A stretch of DNA of 64,000 bases from Chiloscyllium plagiosum (GCF_004010195.1 NC_057732.1:40962256-41026255); one strand, 5' to 3'; positions 1 through 12,210 are shown, numbered from the stretch's first letter. Notes: a model not told the origin generated them from the letters alone. Translations and numbers: made by a program.

Positions 1-213
1 TACGAATGCTACGAGCATTCAGGTAAAGTGCCTTAATGCTAACTTTCTTATCATTAGAGATATTGGAAGTCATAAGATGTCCTAAGTTATCCTTCCTTTT
101 TGCTGCATTCCCAGTCTGTCTCAAGTTTAAATCTGCCTGCACATATGCTATCCTGCCGCTTATCTTTCCATTTAACTCCATACTCCCTGTCGCTTTCACT
201 TTCCCTTCCTCCC
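1..213 (-). mobile_element. CR1 LINE fragment, start of ORF2 (APE endonuclease), running off the window edge
   Basis: The reverse complement of 2-34 reads KALYLNARSIR, the typical CR1 endonuclease N-terminal motif. Confidence 0.75.
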
Positions 214-368
214 ATTTGGATGGGTATATGAATAGGAAGGGCTTGGAGGGATATGGGCCGGGTGCTGGCAGGTGGGACTAGATTGGGTTGGGATATCTGG
301 TTGGCATGGACGGGTTGGACCGAAGGGTCTGTTTCCATGCTGTACATCTCTATGACTCGATGACTCTA
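213..368 (+). mobile_element. CR1 (HER1-like) LINE 3' end
   Basis: Encodes HLDGYMNRKGLEGYGPGAGRWD*, followed by the 3' UTR and a ctatgact-type tail; near-identical to 30170-30318 and 57945-58095. Confidence 0.9.
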
Positions 369-1234
369 TAAATTGGAGAAATACGCTTTTTATTGTCTCC
401 TGTACAGAAGTGCAACAGATGTTAAAGAAACCTCTGCATAATTAGGAACAACATTCAATGTGTGTGGTCACAGGAACTGAGTACCAAACTGTGAGCTGCT
501 GTGGATGTAAGGAAAAGGAAGAAACACTTGGATTTCTGTTATATTTTTCCTGACCTCTGGAAATCATGTGTGAAAATCTTTTGTACTTGGATCTCACAAC
601 TGGGATTTTAAAAGATAACCGTTATGGCATGTGTAATTGGAATTAGGATCATAAATATCCCAAACTAATTTCACCGAGGTCCTACAAATTGCACAAGAGA
701 GGAGCATTCATCCTCTCACCCTGGATCCCAGGAATGAAAAGACAGTGTGCTGGCCCAGTGGATCATTCAGTACCACAGGCAAGTTGCTAAACTTCCTCAA
801 TCAATCAAAATGCCGATGGCATGAAATTCTATAAGAAAGAGGAAAAAAATAATACCAATAAATCTAGGCAAATGCAGCCAGACGTGAAGGTGTTGTCTGA
901 TTGCAAGAACGTAACGGATTTCTGAATGTTTGTAAAAGCTTCCAACTGAATAAACAAGTGAACCAGTGGAATAGGTGAAGTGCAAATAAAGCAGCTCTTT
1001 ACCGTATGTTGCCGGGTTTGTAAGTAGACAGTGAAAATATTTCACTAGTACATCTCACAAATATCACAGTTCCAGTGTCACGCAGTAACCCGATAATGGA
1101 TTGATACATACTAATATGTTCCTGACAGACTCTTCTATAAACCATTGGGTTTGTGCAGCAGAAAGAAAGTTGATCAGGTCAAGTTTTATTCGAAAGTGGA
1201 GAATTTTCAATAAATGAAAATGAAATAATTCTAA

Positions 1235-1535
1235 TCTATACAGCAACTTTCACAAGCTCAGGACATGCTTAAGTGCTTTACAATAAATGAAATATTTTAA
1301 AGGTGTTGCAATGTAGAAAATTCATGGGATACTTGCGCGCAGCATGATCCCACAGAGAGCAATGTAATAATGATTAGAGATTCTGATTTTTAGCAATACA
1401 GTTTGAGGAACAATACTGGCTAGAAATACTAAGGAGCTCTCTTTTTTAAATAGGATTCATAGATTATTTTACATCCACATGCAGAGGGAAGATGGGCCTT
1501 GTTTAAAATCCTAGCTGAAAGTTAGCATTTTAACT
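1235..1535 (-). mobile_element. Deu-domain SINE (SacSINE1/AmnSINE-like), old copy
   Basis: Shares the cccaca..agcaatgt.ataatga core and downstream blocks with 4389-4870 and 11880-12210. Confidence 0.65.
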
Positions 1536-1904
1536 AAAAACTGCTGAATCGGAGGTGAAAGCATGAACAGTAAGCCAGTGAGGGAAGATGAGAAAAATCT
1601 CAAGGTACTAATTACATGATATGATAATTATACTTCATATGGAGCGCTGTTTAGGTCCATATACCAATGAACTACTCTCGACAGGTAAAGTAAAACCAAG
1701 TCATTTGAACAGGTTTCTGGTATTCCAGGCCAGAAGTCATCAGCATTAGAATCTCAGTCATCAGTAAAGTAGTTACAATTAGTAAAGCCAGTAAAGGGTT
1801 GCTTGATTGTGAGACAAAGACTATTGGATATTGGCCTCCAAAGTGGTGGAATGGCATATAATGTGAACACAGCCTAATACAGAACCACAGACTCTTGTTG
1901 TTGT

Positions 1905-2118
1905 GTCACCAAAGTCTTACCAGACCATAGGGTAGCTCTTCATTAGAGAGAGAAGACTGGTGGTAATTTAACATGAGGGCCACCATACCTCAGGTAAGTG
2001 GAGAGATTGAAAAAGAGGGTATTTTGTGGTAACCTCAGCCAGTGATGGGAATTGAACCCATGTTGTTGGCATTACACTGCATTGCAAACCAACCACCTAG
2101 CCAAGTGAGCGAACCCAA
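1905..2118 (-). mobile_element. tRNA-derived SINE
   Basis: The reverse complement has a tRNA-like head with B box GGTTCAATTCCC; homologous to 26003-26205 (+) and 16505-16640 (-). Confidence 0.75.
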
Positions 2119-3050
2119 TTCCCATCACAGATTCTACACTTTAAATACACACGTACCCTCCATAGTCACCAACTCAGTATGAGTTGTTAGCACAGATCAT
2201 GGAGAGGTGGCAACGAGCTGAAGCCAGACATTTCCATGCCCTCACCACTAGAGCTGAGGGAAGAATAGACAGTAATTCTCGATTGTGTCTTCTGTGTTTC
2301 CTAACAGCTGGTCTGAGGGTTCCATTGGTGATGAATGAAAATAATTCACTGATAGCAGTCTCCACAACAGATAGTGAAATGAAGTTTGTGAGGGACAGCA
2401 AAACTCATCTAGTAGTTTAAAAATGAAAATTTGCATAGATATTTTGCAGATAATTTTGGACTGGGCATCAACTTTTCAGTCTACATTAGTCCTTAAGGAT
2501 TGTATTTTATCAGCAGTTGTTGAGGTGGGCAATTGATGTGAGCTAGTCAAATTAACTGCAGCAAACTCAGAACATCATGGAACTATTTGGTGTTAATGAT
2601 GCATCAAAGTAAAGAGGGTAAATAACTTCTAGGCTAGTCCCCCAAAACCTAGCTGGACAAAGACAAGAAAACACGTGGTATAGATGAAATTCTTATGTTA
2701 ATTTTTAATAAAATTGTTGCAATATTAACGAAATTGTTACTTGGTCAATACCTGCCTCATTACAAATCAGCCCAGTGTTCGGTGTCTAGATTGACAACTT
2801 TGTCTTCAAAAAGGAGACCAGTAATGGAAATCAAATCATCATGATGATCTTTCCATAAACAATGGATAATGGATGCTCTGGGAATTGTTTCCAGTGGCTG
2901 TTATAAATTATTCACATTTCATTCTCTTACTGCCTTGTAATCATGGCCATGTGTATATGAGTTTTTCTATTATTTTTCAGGTATTTTGAGTTTGCCACAA
3001 ATTTGAGCTACTGCCAGGAATTCACTAACTCAGCAACTATTGGATCAGTT

Positions 3051-3273
3051 GGGCGAAAGTGAGGACTGCAGATGCTGGAGATTGGAGTTGAAAGTGTGGT
3101 GCTGGAAAAACACAGCAGGTCAGGCAGCATTTCAGGAGCAGGAATTTCAACATTTCAGGCAAAAGCCCTTCATCAGGATCTTCCTGATGAAGGGCTTTTG
3201 CCTGAAACGTCGATTTTCCTGCCCCTCAGATGCTGCTTGACCTGTTGTGCTTTTCCAGCACCACACTCTCAAC
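3051..3273. mobile_element. Fold-back Penelope-derived mini-element with hammerhead core
   Basis: Inverted arms of about 95 bp centred near 3179; CTGATGA-AGGGCTTTTGCCT-GAAACGTC at 3184-3211; direct repeat caactattggat at 3034-3045 and 3270-3281; same sequence as the Penelope termini at 56806 and 59180-59272. Confidence 0.85.
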
Positions 3274-3295
3274 TATTGGATAAATGTAATCAGTG

Positions 3296-3620
3296 ATTAG
3301 ATTAGATTAGATTAGATTAGATTACAGTGTGGAAACAGGCCCTTCGGCCCAACAAGTCCACACCGACCCGCCGAAGCGAAACCCACCCATACCTCTACAT
3401 TTAACCCTTACCTAACACTACGGGCAATTTAGTATGGCCAATTCACCTGACCCTGCACATCTTTGGATGGTGGGAGGAAACCGGAGCACCCGGAGGAAAC
3501 CCACGCAGACACGGGGAGAACGTGCAAACTCCACACAGTCAGTCGCCTGAGGCGGGAATTGAACCTGGGTCTCTGGCGCTGTGAGGCAGCAGTGCTAACC
3601 ACTGTGCCACCGTGCCGCCC
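3296..3620 (-). mobile_element. HE1-type V-SINE, full length, young
   Basis: The reverse complement starts GGGCGGCACGGTGGCACAGTGG (A box), has B box GGTTCAATTCCC, the V-domain GTTTGCACGTTCTCCCCGTGTCTGCGTGGGTTTCC and a (CTAAT)n tail; CpGs are intact. Confidence 0.9.
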
Positions 3621-3665
3621 TCCAGTGAGGATGGAGTAACATTGGTACTGTCAAACTTCATGCAC

Positions 3666-4138
3666 ATAGAGTCGTAGAGTCATATAGCATGGAAACAGAC
3701 CCTTCATTTCAACCAGTCCATACTTACCATAAGCCCAAACTAAACTAGTCCCATTTGCCCCATATCCCTCCAAACATTTCTTATTCATGTATTTATTTAA
3801 ATGTCTTTTAAAGGTTATAACTGTATCAGCATCTACCACTTCCTCTGGAAGTTCATTGCACACGTGAACCATTCTCTGTGTAAAAAAAATTGACCCTTAT
3901 GTCTTTTTAAAATCTTTTTCCTCTCACCTTAAAAATATAACCTTTAATCTTAAAATCCCCATCCCTAGGAAAAGAGACCTGCCATTCACCTTGTTATACC
4001 CTTTATGATTTTATAAACCTCTATAAGGTTACCTCTAAACTCCTAAGCTCCAGTAAAAAAAGTCACAGCTGATCAGCCTCTCCTCAAATTTTCCATTCCC
4101 AGCAACATACTGATAAATCTCTTCTGAACCCTCTCTAC
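3666..4138 (-). mobile_element. CR1 LINE 3' fragment
   Basis: ORF 3651-3872 (-) reads VCNELPEEVVDADTVITFKRHLNKYMN, the CR1 ORF2 C-terminus. Confidence 0.85.
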
Positions 4139-4388
4139 ATCCTAGCCTCATTGTGCTGGCCCAGTGGATATGGGGAACAAGCAGAAGAATGGAATTAGAC
4201 TGGGTGGTTCACTTAGAGACAAATGCTGGCAAGGTCTTAATGGGTTGAATGGCCCATTCTGCTTCATTAGATGCTATAATTGAAAATGTATCGGCAGCCT
4301 AACTCATTCTTCTCCCAGTAGAACTATGTAGTGGAATTCTTTAACTCTGACTGCTTTCTCTAGCAACTAGAAAAAGAATAATTCATGC

Positions 4389-4870
4389 CCACTGGATGTC
4401 TCAAAACATTTTACTGTCAAATAACTACATATGAAGGGAGGTCACTGTTGTAAGGTAGGAAATGTGGCAGCTGGGTTGCACATAGCACACTCCCACAAAT
4501 AGCAATGTGATAATGACAGATTATCACATTGCTATTTGTGGGAGTGTGCTGTGTGCAACCTAGCTACCACATTTCCTACCTTACAGCAGTGACCTCTCTT
4601 CACATGTAGTTATCTGACATGTTTTTGTGATGTTGATTAAGACATAAACATCAGTTAGGACACAAGGGATAACCCCCTTGCTCTTGTTCAAAATAATAGG
4701 AAGAAATCTTTTATACCCACCCAACTGGGCATTAGTAAACAAATCACCTGAAAGACAGTACTGTATATGTAACTACTAAGCATTCCATCAGCACTTCACT
4801 GGAATGTCAGTCTTGGGTTTTGTACTTAAGTCCTGAGCCCAGAAACAGTGACACAGAGACAATAGTGCTA
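4389..4870 (-). mobile_element. Deu-domain SINE containing an internal inverted duplication
   Basis: SINE body homologous to 11880-12210; 4415-4514 is repeated in inverted orientation at 4520-4619. Confidence 0.75.
4415..4619. repeat. Long inverted repeat (100-bp arms, 5-nt loop)
   Basis: tgtca...gtgataat / gacag / attatcac...tgaca; I count 7 mismatches between the arms, all transitions. Confidence 0.95.
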
Positions 4871-5477
4871 CTAGCAGATCCACAACAGAAAGAGCACAGT
4901 TCAATGATTCATTTCAATTGAATATTAATTTTGAATTTGCCTTGTCTTTCGCACAATTCTGCAGGCAATAAAAAACCCACCAGCTGGAATGTCTGCTAGA
5001 AACATGCTGACGGGTAAAATCCAGGCCAATTAATAAAACCAACCAGATGTTGGAGGCTAATGCGTTATCATTGAATGTCTATAAAACTTTCAAAACTGCC
5101 ACTAGAACAAGACTAGCAGGAGACTGTCCTTCCTGGTGATCAATGTCAGGTTTAACTCTAAACTGGCATCCACACAGTTTCCCTACCGCAAGACTCCTAC
5201 AAACATTTTATAGCCCCCAATGAAAATAATGAATAGTTAGGACCTGTTCTCTGCACATTGCTCCACTTTAGGCCTCTGATCCTTTGCCACCTGATGCAGA
5301 GAGCAGTAGAATGGATGTCAGAGAACTTGCTAGTGCATCATTTCCTGGGCCTGAAGGCTTAGGTTACCACCCAGGTTAGCAATGAGCTTTGGGATGGTCA
5401 CTCTACCTACTTTTCCATGGTCATCTCATGCCTGAGTGGTTCTAGAAAAGGAACACCAGGAGTCCACCAGTACAATT

Positions 5478-6130
5478 AGAGTCATCAAGTCATAAAGATG
5501 TACAGCATGGAATTAGACCCTTCGGTCCAACATGTCCATGCTGACCAGATATCCCAACCCAATCTAGTCCCACCTGGCTCATATCCCTCCAAACCCCTGC
5601 TATTCATATACCCATCCAGATGCTTTTTAAATGTTGCAATTGTACCAGCCTCTACAACTTCCTCTGTCAGCTCATTCCATACACTTACCACCCTTTGCAT
5701 GAAAATGTTGCCCCTTAGGTCTCTTTTATAATCTTTCCCCTCTCACCCTAAACCTATGCCATCTAGTTCTGGACTTCCCCACCCCAGGGAAAATATTTTG
5801 TCTATTTATCCTATCCATGCCCCTTATGATTTTGTAAACCTCTAAAAGGTCACCCCTCAGCCTCCAACGCTCCAGAGAAAACAGCTCTAGCCTATTCAAC
5901 CCCTCTCTATAGCTCAAATCCTTCAACCCTGGCAACATCCTAGAAAATCTTTTCTGAACCTTTTCAAGTTTCACAACATCTTTCCGCTAGGAAGGAGACC
6001 AGAATTGCATGCAATATTCCAACGATGGCCTAACCAATGTCCTGTACAGCTACAACATGACCTCCCAACTCTGTACTCAACACTTTGACCAATAAAGGAA
6101 AGCATACCAAACACCTTCTTCACTATCCTA
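5478..6130 (-). mobile_element. CR1 (HER1-like) LINE 3' fragment
   Basis: ORFs 5726-5974 (LEKVQKRFSRMLPGLKDLSYREGLNRLELFSLE..RLRGDL) and 5485-5700 (WNELTEEVVEAG). Confidence 0.9.
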
Positions 6131-7402
6131 GACAGTCATTGAGACAGTCAACATCAAATGAGCATCACAGGGACAGTTATGTGTGCTAGACATGAGAGAC
6201 AATATTGGAGATAGAACTACAAATGCCGTAGAGTCAAAGTGGGTAAAGAGTGGAGCTGGAAAGAGCACAGTACGTCAGGCAGCAACAGAGAAGGGGAGTC
6301 ATTGCTGTTTAACTTTAGAACAATCATTTGTTTTATGCTTGAGTCCTTTATTTGCCCTCTTTACTCCCTAAAAGGAGGAACTCCTACTTGATGGCATGAG
6401 GACAGCATATTGTCTCCATATAATTTTATTAAGAAAAGATGTACCTTCTGACTGGACTTGAACTCCATAGTGTACAAGTGTGGCCAAGATAGTAATGATT
6501 GCTACGTGCAGTCCTCTGCTCTGGTCTTGAGTCATGTTGAAGATCTAATTCAGACTTGGGGTACTGGCTCCTTGTTGTGAATCCTCATCTAAAGGTAATT
6601 CAAAAGAAAATACAAGATTAGGAACAGAAAATACATTTAAAATCCTACATCGATCTGGAGAGTGTGGGACCATTGAATAGCTACTTAAGCAGGGTTGCCT
6701 AGTAGTAATTGCTAAGTAGCCACATGTAGCTGTGAACTTAGCCTACAAAATATTTACCTAAAATCATAGAAATACATACAGTTGTAACATAGAAACAGTT
6801 ACTCTGCCCAACTAGTTCCTGTTGGTGTTTGCCATCCACATGAGAAAACAATTTTAACAGTATTGATCCACTCTGTTCTCATACACCTCGAATTTATTTT
6901 CATTCACTAACCAAAGCAAACCAGTCTTGATTGTTGGAATAGTTTCTGCATCAACCACTCGCTCCAGAAATGAATTTCATAATCCCATAATTTTTGTTCA
7001 CAAAGTTTCTCCTGCCATAGTTTGATCCTTTGTTCTTGACCACTTTTCTTTAGATCCTTCTCCTGCCCTCTGAAGTGTATTTTATACATGTCCTCTTGTC
7101 CCGATGGGGCATGACAATAGAATCCTACCGGTTGAGGCAGCCAGCTTCCATTTAGTGACAACAATCCAGTTGCCCTTCATGTTAAGTGACCCAGGAAAAT
7201 GGATTAGTACAACAGTAGGGGTGAGGTGGCAAATAGAAGTCTCATCTGGAAACTAGTAAATCTGGCCTTTAGCTTCAGAAGGTTATTGTAACAAACCAAT
7301 TCCAGTCTCTGTCTTTCTCCAAAAAGAATTCTTGTGTATTTTTCACTGGGAAGATATTGTACAGCTGGCAAACCTGGGAAGTCCGGAAGGGTATTGCAGT
7401 AA

Positions 7403-7805
7403 AAAGGCATATTTTGTCAAAACTTTTCATCTTGCTCTCATCAAGACAGTTAGTAAGAATGCCAATAAATACACATTAGACATTAATACACAGGCACTGT
7501 TCTGTGCATACAGAAAAACACACGTACACATTGTGCCTGCTTCAGCTCAGCAAAATAAATGACATACATTCAGTGGTTAATTTCTCAGGTCATTAGAGCA
7601 AACCATCCTGGTTTGAAATCCAAATAAAACCTGGCGGTCATTAATTACTGCATTCTCTATGACAATGATGCTACCATTCAAACTCCACTTGCCAATCAAT
7701 CAGCACTCACCTCTCTTATTGAGTATATATGTTGGTTTTCCTTTTTATTGTTATTCTTGTGAAATCTCCTGATGAATGCAAAATGAAAAGCTTCAAGAAC
7801 TTTTT
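7403..7805. mobile_element. Penelope-derived element of a second family, with inverted termini bearing degenerate hammerhead-like cores
   Basis: The right end has CTGATGA-ATGCAAAAT-GAAAAGCTTC (about 7769-7794); the reverse complement of the left end reads TGTC-TTGATGA-GAGCAAGAT-GAAAAGTTTT-GACA. Confidence 0.55.
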
Positions 7806-8124
7806 CAAAAATTCTCAAAACCCGGGTGAGTTTATTTTATGCTTCTAGTTCAGGAGCCACCTGAGACAGTATCATTCTCATAGTCCTAACAAGAGGACTG
7901 CATTCAGTTTATTCACCACACTTCAGGAAGTATATAATTGCCTTGGTGAATTTTATCTGATCTGACAGTGCTAAGTAATAGATACATGCTGCATCAATTA
8001 TAGTTGTATTTCCTGTGCCTAGAAGATCATTAAAGTAGTAATCTAAACAAGTTGTAAAAGGTGAGTAAAGGTTATGCACCAAAAAAATTATATTAATATA
8101 ACACGTGTTCATGACTTTAGATAT

Positions 8125-8665
8125 CACAAAGTGCTACGAAGTACTTTTGAAGTATTGTAATGTAGTAATGCAGCTACCAATTTGAGCGCAACAATCTCCC
8201 GATAATGGTCAGGTTTGTTTTTCCTGCATTGAACAAGGGATAATTAATGAACAGGGCTCAATATTGAGAGTTACTCCCCGTTCTGCTTTAAAGAAAGTGG
8301 CATTGGTTATTTTGCATATTGTTCGAGCAAGTAGATGGTCCTTAGTTTAAAATCTCACCCAAAAAGTTTGCACATTCTCCCCGTATGTGTGTGGGTTTCC
8401 TCTGGGTGCTCCAGTTTCCTCCCACAGTCCAAAGATGTACAGGTTAGGGTGGATTGGCCATTCTAAATTGCTCATAGTGTTAGGTGCATTAGTCAGAGGG
8501 AAATGGGTTTGGGTGGGTTTCTCTTCGGAGGATCGGTGTGGACTTGTTGGGCCAAAGCATCTGTTTCCACACTGTAGGGAATCTAAAAAAAAAGTGTAAC
8601 ATGGACAGCAATGTCAGCCTTACATTTATGCTTGAAATCTGGGCTGGGACTTAAACCTGAAATGT
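8125..8665 (-). mobile_element. Deu-domain SINE interrupted by an HE1 fragment
   Basis: SINE blocks at 8125-8364 and 8595-8665 flank the HE1 insert. Confidence 0.6.
8365..8593 (+). mobile_element. HE1 V-SINE, 5'-truncated
   Basis: agtttgcacattctccccgtatgtgtgtgggtttcc V-domain, with a 3' end matching 3296-3620. Confidence 0.85.
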
Positions 8666-8666
8666 T

Positions 8667-9600
8667 GGACTGAATCTTTTTTTTGTCTAAGTGTCAGTTA
8701 TGTATTTTTTGGAAGGAAGCTTGCTGCAAAACCCAGAGAGATTCCTTACTGTTTCTAACCAAACACGCCTCATTAATGACCTAACCCACCAATATAGCAT
8801 CTCTCATGTCCAATTCAATTTCGATCTTACCACGTGCTCTTCCCAGACCAACTCGTCAGTCACTAGTTATTCACCAACAGACCAGCATCCATAGTGCCAG
8901 TTCCATCTTTAAAAGGCCATTGTACACTTGAAGCAGCGTTGTCAGCATGGAGCTGCTGTGCCCTATTCCTGACATTTGACCTAGATTTGGCAGACAGGAA
9001 TAAACTGATGCCCCGTTTTGTGGACAGGGATCTGGAGGATCCACCGGGTGGGATAGATGGTATAGGTAAACGTCTTCCTCTTCTCCCAGAATCAGCAGTA
9101 GAGGCCATGACTTCAGCCATGCCAGCTTGATCCAAGAATACCACCTGGTCAGTGCAGTCTCAACCGTCCGGAGGAATGCTGAGAAATGTAGAGTGTTGAC
9201 CTTCTCTACCGGAATAGGTGTCACCACCTTCTATCCAATCCCTTTCTTCATTACTGTACCTGCGTCCCACCAAGGCTCATGCTCTACTATTCTCACTATT
9301 GCCTGCAACATCTTTCCCATTTACTGTCACCCACCCCAACCAAAGCACCACTAACCCTGCAGATTCTCTGTGCTGCTGAGTCACTCATTCACTCTGAACA
9401 CCACCTCACCTGCACCAAATATGTCACCACTTTAATCTGCCTTAATACCTGCCTCTCTCCCATTCCAGCAGGAAAACAGCCCTCAGTACAGCAGAAACAG
9501 TCAAAATGGGTGTTTGGCTGCCTGACACTTGGCTTCTCACTTCTTATGTAGGGAGGATTCTGACACTCACTGAGCAGTTGACTGACTGTATCCAACATCT
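8667..9600 (+). mobile_element. Decayed PIF/Harbinger DNA transposon, copy 1
   Basis: Begins ggactgaatctt (compare gggctgaatctt at 50801); 8895-9130 aligns by eye with 51290-51438 plus 51751-51840; carries a Myb/SANT-like pseudo-ORF. The right end is not defined. Confidence 0.6.
8987..9575 (+). pseudogene. Harbinger Myb/SANT-like (NAIF1/MSANTD-like) DNA-binding gene remnant, two exons
   Basis: Exon 1 (about 8987-9217, frameshifted): KLMPRFVDRDLE ... VSAVSTVRRNAEKCR. GT donor at 9218; pyrimidine tract and CAG at about 9468. Exon 2: KTALSTAETVKMGVWLPDTWLLTSYVGRIL, resembling the 'K.AHN..ER.KTGGG.P....LT..EER' block. Confidence 0.6.
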
Positions 9601-10357
9601 TGGATAGGTATCTGAGGTGTCCCTTGACTTATTGCGCTGGCAGCTCCAGACTGAAGGTCAACCCCCTTCAGTTAACTGAAGACTACAGGCATCAATGGAA
9701 ATTTCCTGATATGTCTGTACCAAAGAGCAAAGCAAGACTGAGTAATATGAGTCTGGTATCTCTGGCTGAGGCAAGGAAATGCAAGACAGGGATGCTGCGA
9801 GCATTTGGGTAGTCTCAAAACAAGTAAGTGCTATGAAAGCAAGTGAAAGTGTAGTCTGGTCCAGTCCATGAGCTGTGTGTGTATCTTGGAGTGCACAGTG
9901 TCCTTGCTGCAGTTTTACAATAAAAGTTGCCAGGGTTGAATTACATGAAATAGTGGATTTCCCACTCCTTCCAGTAAAAATTTTGGTGGGGGTTGAGGGA
10001 GAGCACTTATGAAGGACCAGCTGTCCTGCAGCCATTTACCAGCCAATTGGCATTAATTCAAAGGAAATGGAGTACAAAAATAGGGAAGGATTGCTATAGC
10101 TGAACGTTGGAACAGGCTGTTGTGCCACATGTCTGCAAGGAGTCATACAGTTGCTTATAATTAAGTAAGGCATATCTTTGTTTGATCAACTGTTTAAAGT
10201 GAAATTTGCCTTTTAAATTCAAAGAGGTGTTTATCTGTTGGTTCTCTTTCAGGTTGAAGTAAAAGCTACAAAAAAGAGAAATCTTGTTGGTATTTGCCTC
10301 AATTGGGGATTACACGTTAAATTTAGTTATTCTGGTTCGGTCCGAGCTTTGTTTGAT

Positions 10358-10376
10358 TGCCACCTCTAGGTGGCAG
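10358..10376. promoter_or_regulatory. Candidate CTCF site within a palindrome
   Basis: CCTCTAGGTGGCAG (10363-10376) matches CCASYAGRKGGCRS at 13 of 14 positions; TGCCACCT-ct-AGGTGGCA is a perfect 8-bp inverted repeat. Confidence 0.4.
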
Positions 10377-11879
10377 AAGGGACACATAAGCTCAGAAACT
10401 CCACCTTTTAGAGCGATGTCACTATGAAGGAGCAGACACAGAAGCTTTCCAAATGAAAGATGGCCTATTGAGCGAGCCTTCGAGCACTTAGTGAAGCAGG
10501 GAAAATGTCCTTGGTACTGTCAGCATTCCTTCCCAAGTACACCTTCAAACCAGAGTCTCTAACTCTCTCATGCCAACCACGAAGAGCTGCCTGACTGAAT
10601 AGCTGGTGCTACTTCTTGACCTTATTCCCCCAATACGTGCCATTGCCCTCATTCCATGCCTTTGACGTTGATTCTGATCATGTACATGCCATTTGACCTT
10701 GCTCTTGCCCTTTGACCCCACTCCCAAAACTTTAGCCCAAATAGGGTCATTTGCACATGGGCAGCAAGTGTGATATCATTATGCAAAGAATTTAATGATA
10801 TTGGCGCACATTTGTAGGCTTATCTGTGGCTTAGGGACTTTTATGACCAATAACTAATATCATTGGATCCATTTGAACATGTACAGGCAGCCATTTTGGC
10901 ATTCATGCTGATCACTCCATTTGTTTTATGGTTCCCCAGTGCAGATCATAACAGGCATACTTTGAAATGGCGCATTTGACAAACTGAGGAAATACAATGA
11001 AATGGAATACTTAAGTGTCATTACTGTTGTAATGCGGCAAAATGTCAGCCGTTTTCACAAAGTTGTGCGAGCAGCAACGGGATGATAAGCACTTCAGTGT
11101 GAAGCAGTTAGGATCCAGCTTGGCCTCTTACCTTCTACAGCACTTCTCCAACTTTGTGCCCCCACCTTTTCCATTTGGCATTTATCCAGCCTGTTCTTTA
11201 ACTTGAACTTAGTCACTCAGCAGAGATAGAGAAAAACTAGGGTTGCCTTCTGAACACATATGTACTAGAGATTCCAGGAATTAAACATGAGTCTACTAAG
11301 AAAGAAATGGAGAGAGAGAGAGAGAGACAGATGCATTCCGGCAGGCACAAAGGCAGAGATATTCACATCATTCCAGAAATCAGCACAAAGAAGGTAAAGC
11401 AAGAATGGATGCTGATAGATCTCTTCCTCAGGCGTTGAGCCTGGGTTCTATAAAATGGAGCATATACAGGTTCTCCTATCCTGTCTGTCCTGGTTTGATT
11501 TAATAGTTGGAATCTCCAAACCATTCTGTGGATTGGTTCTGGCAGAGTGATGGGGGTAGATTGCAGGTGACTTGTTGCTTGGGATTGAGGACGACGGCCT
11601 TGGTGTTAGTGATCCGCATTCATACTCCTTCTAAGCATGTGTAAAGGATGTTTAACCTATTTGTTAGAAGCTTTCAGCGGTCCCTTTAAGGTGTAAACTT
11701 GGAAAAAGAAAGCAACGTATCTGCTGCAAAAGCTTGACCTATGATAAGATTAGAAACAGGATTCAGAACAAATGTTAGTACTTCAATGAGCAGATTCAGG
11801 TCCTTAGCTGTTGTTTTCAGGCTGATGTCTTGAAAGCATGAGCACTCTTTCCTTGCCTTCTCAATAAATGTTTCATAAT

Positions 11880-12210
11880 GACTTACATTTATACAGCACC
11901 TTTCATATCTATCAGATGTCCGAAAGTGTATTACAACCAATGAAATATTCCTGAAATTTTGTCACTGTTGTAAAATAAGGAATGTTGTAGCTAATATGTG
12001 TACAGCAAGCTCCCACAAACAACAATGTGATAATGAGCAGATAAACTGTTTATCTGGTGATGACTTTGAAATCAATACTAGCCAAGATGCCAGGAATAAC
12101 TCCCCTGCCCTTCTTTGAAATAATGCTATTGGACATTTTAGGTCTACCGAAGGGGACAGATGTGACCTCAGTTTAATGTCTCCTCTGAAAAAAAATGGTC
12201 TGACATCACT
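11880..12210 (-). mobile_element. Deu-domain SINE
   Basis: catttatacagcacctttca...cagcaagctcccacaaacaacaatgtgataatga...caggaataactcccctgcccttctttgaaataatgc, the reverse of the Deu core plus L2-like tail. Confidence 0.8.

Noticed and set aside
3296-3323. (ATTAG)n array as telomere-like or CRISPR-like repeat
   Set aside because: It is the simple-repeat tail of the adjacent HE1 SINE and has no spacers.
9610-9990. Possible LTR (AATAAA at about 9918)
   Set aside because: No clear TG...CA termini or TSD could be assigned.
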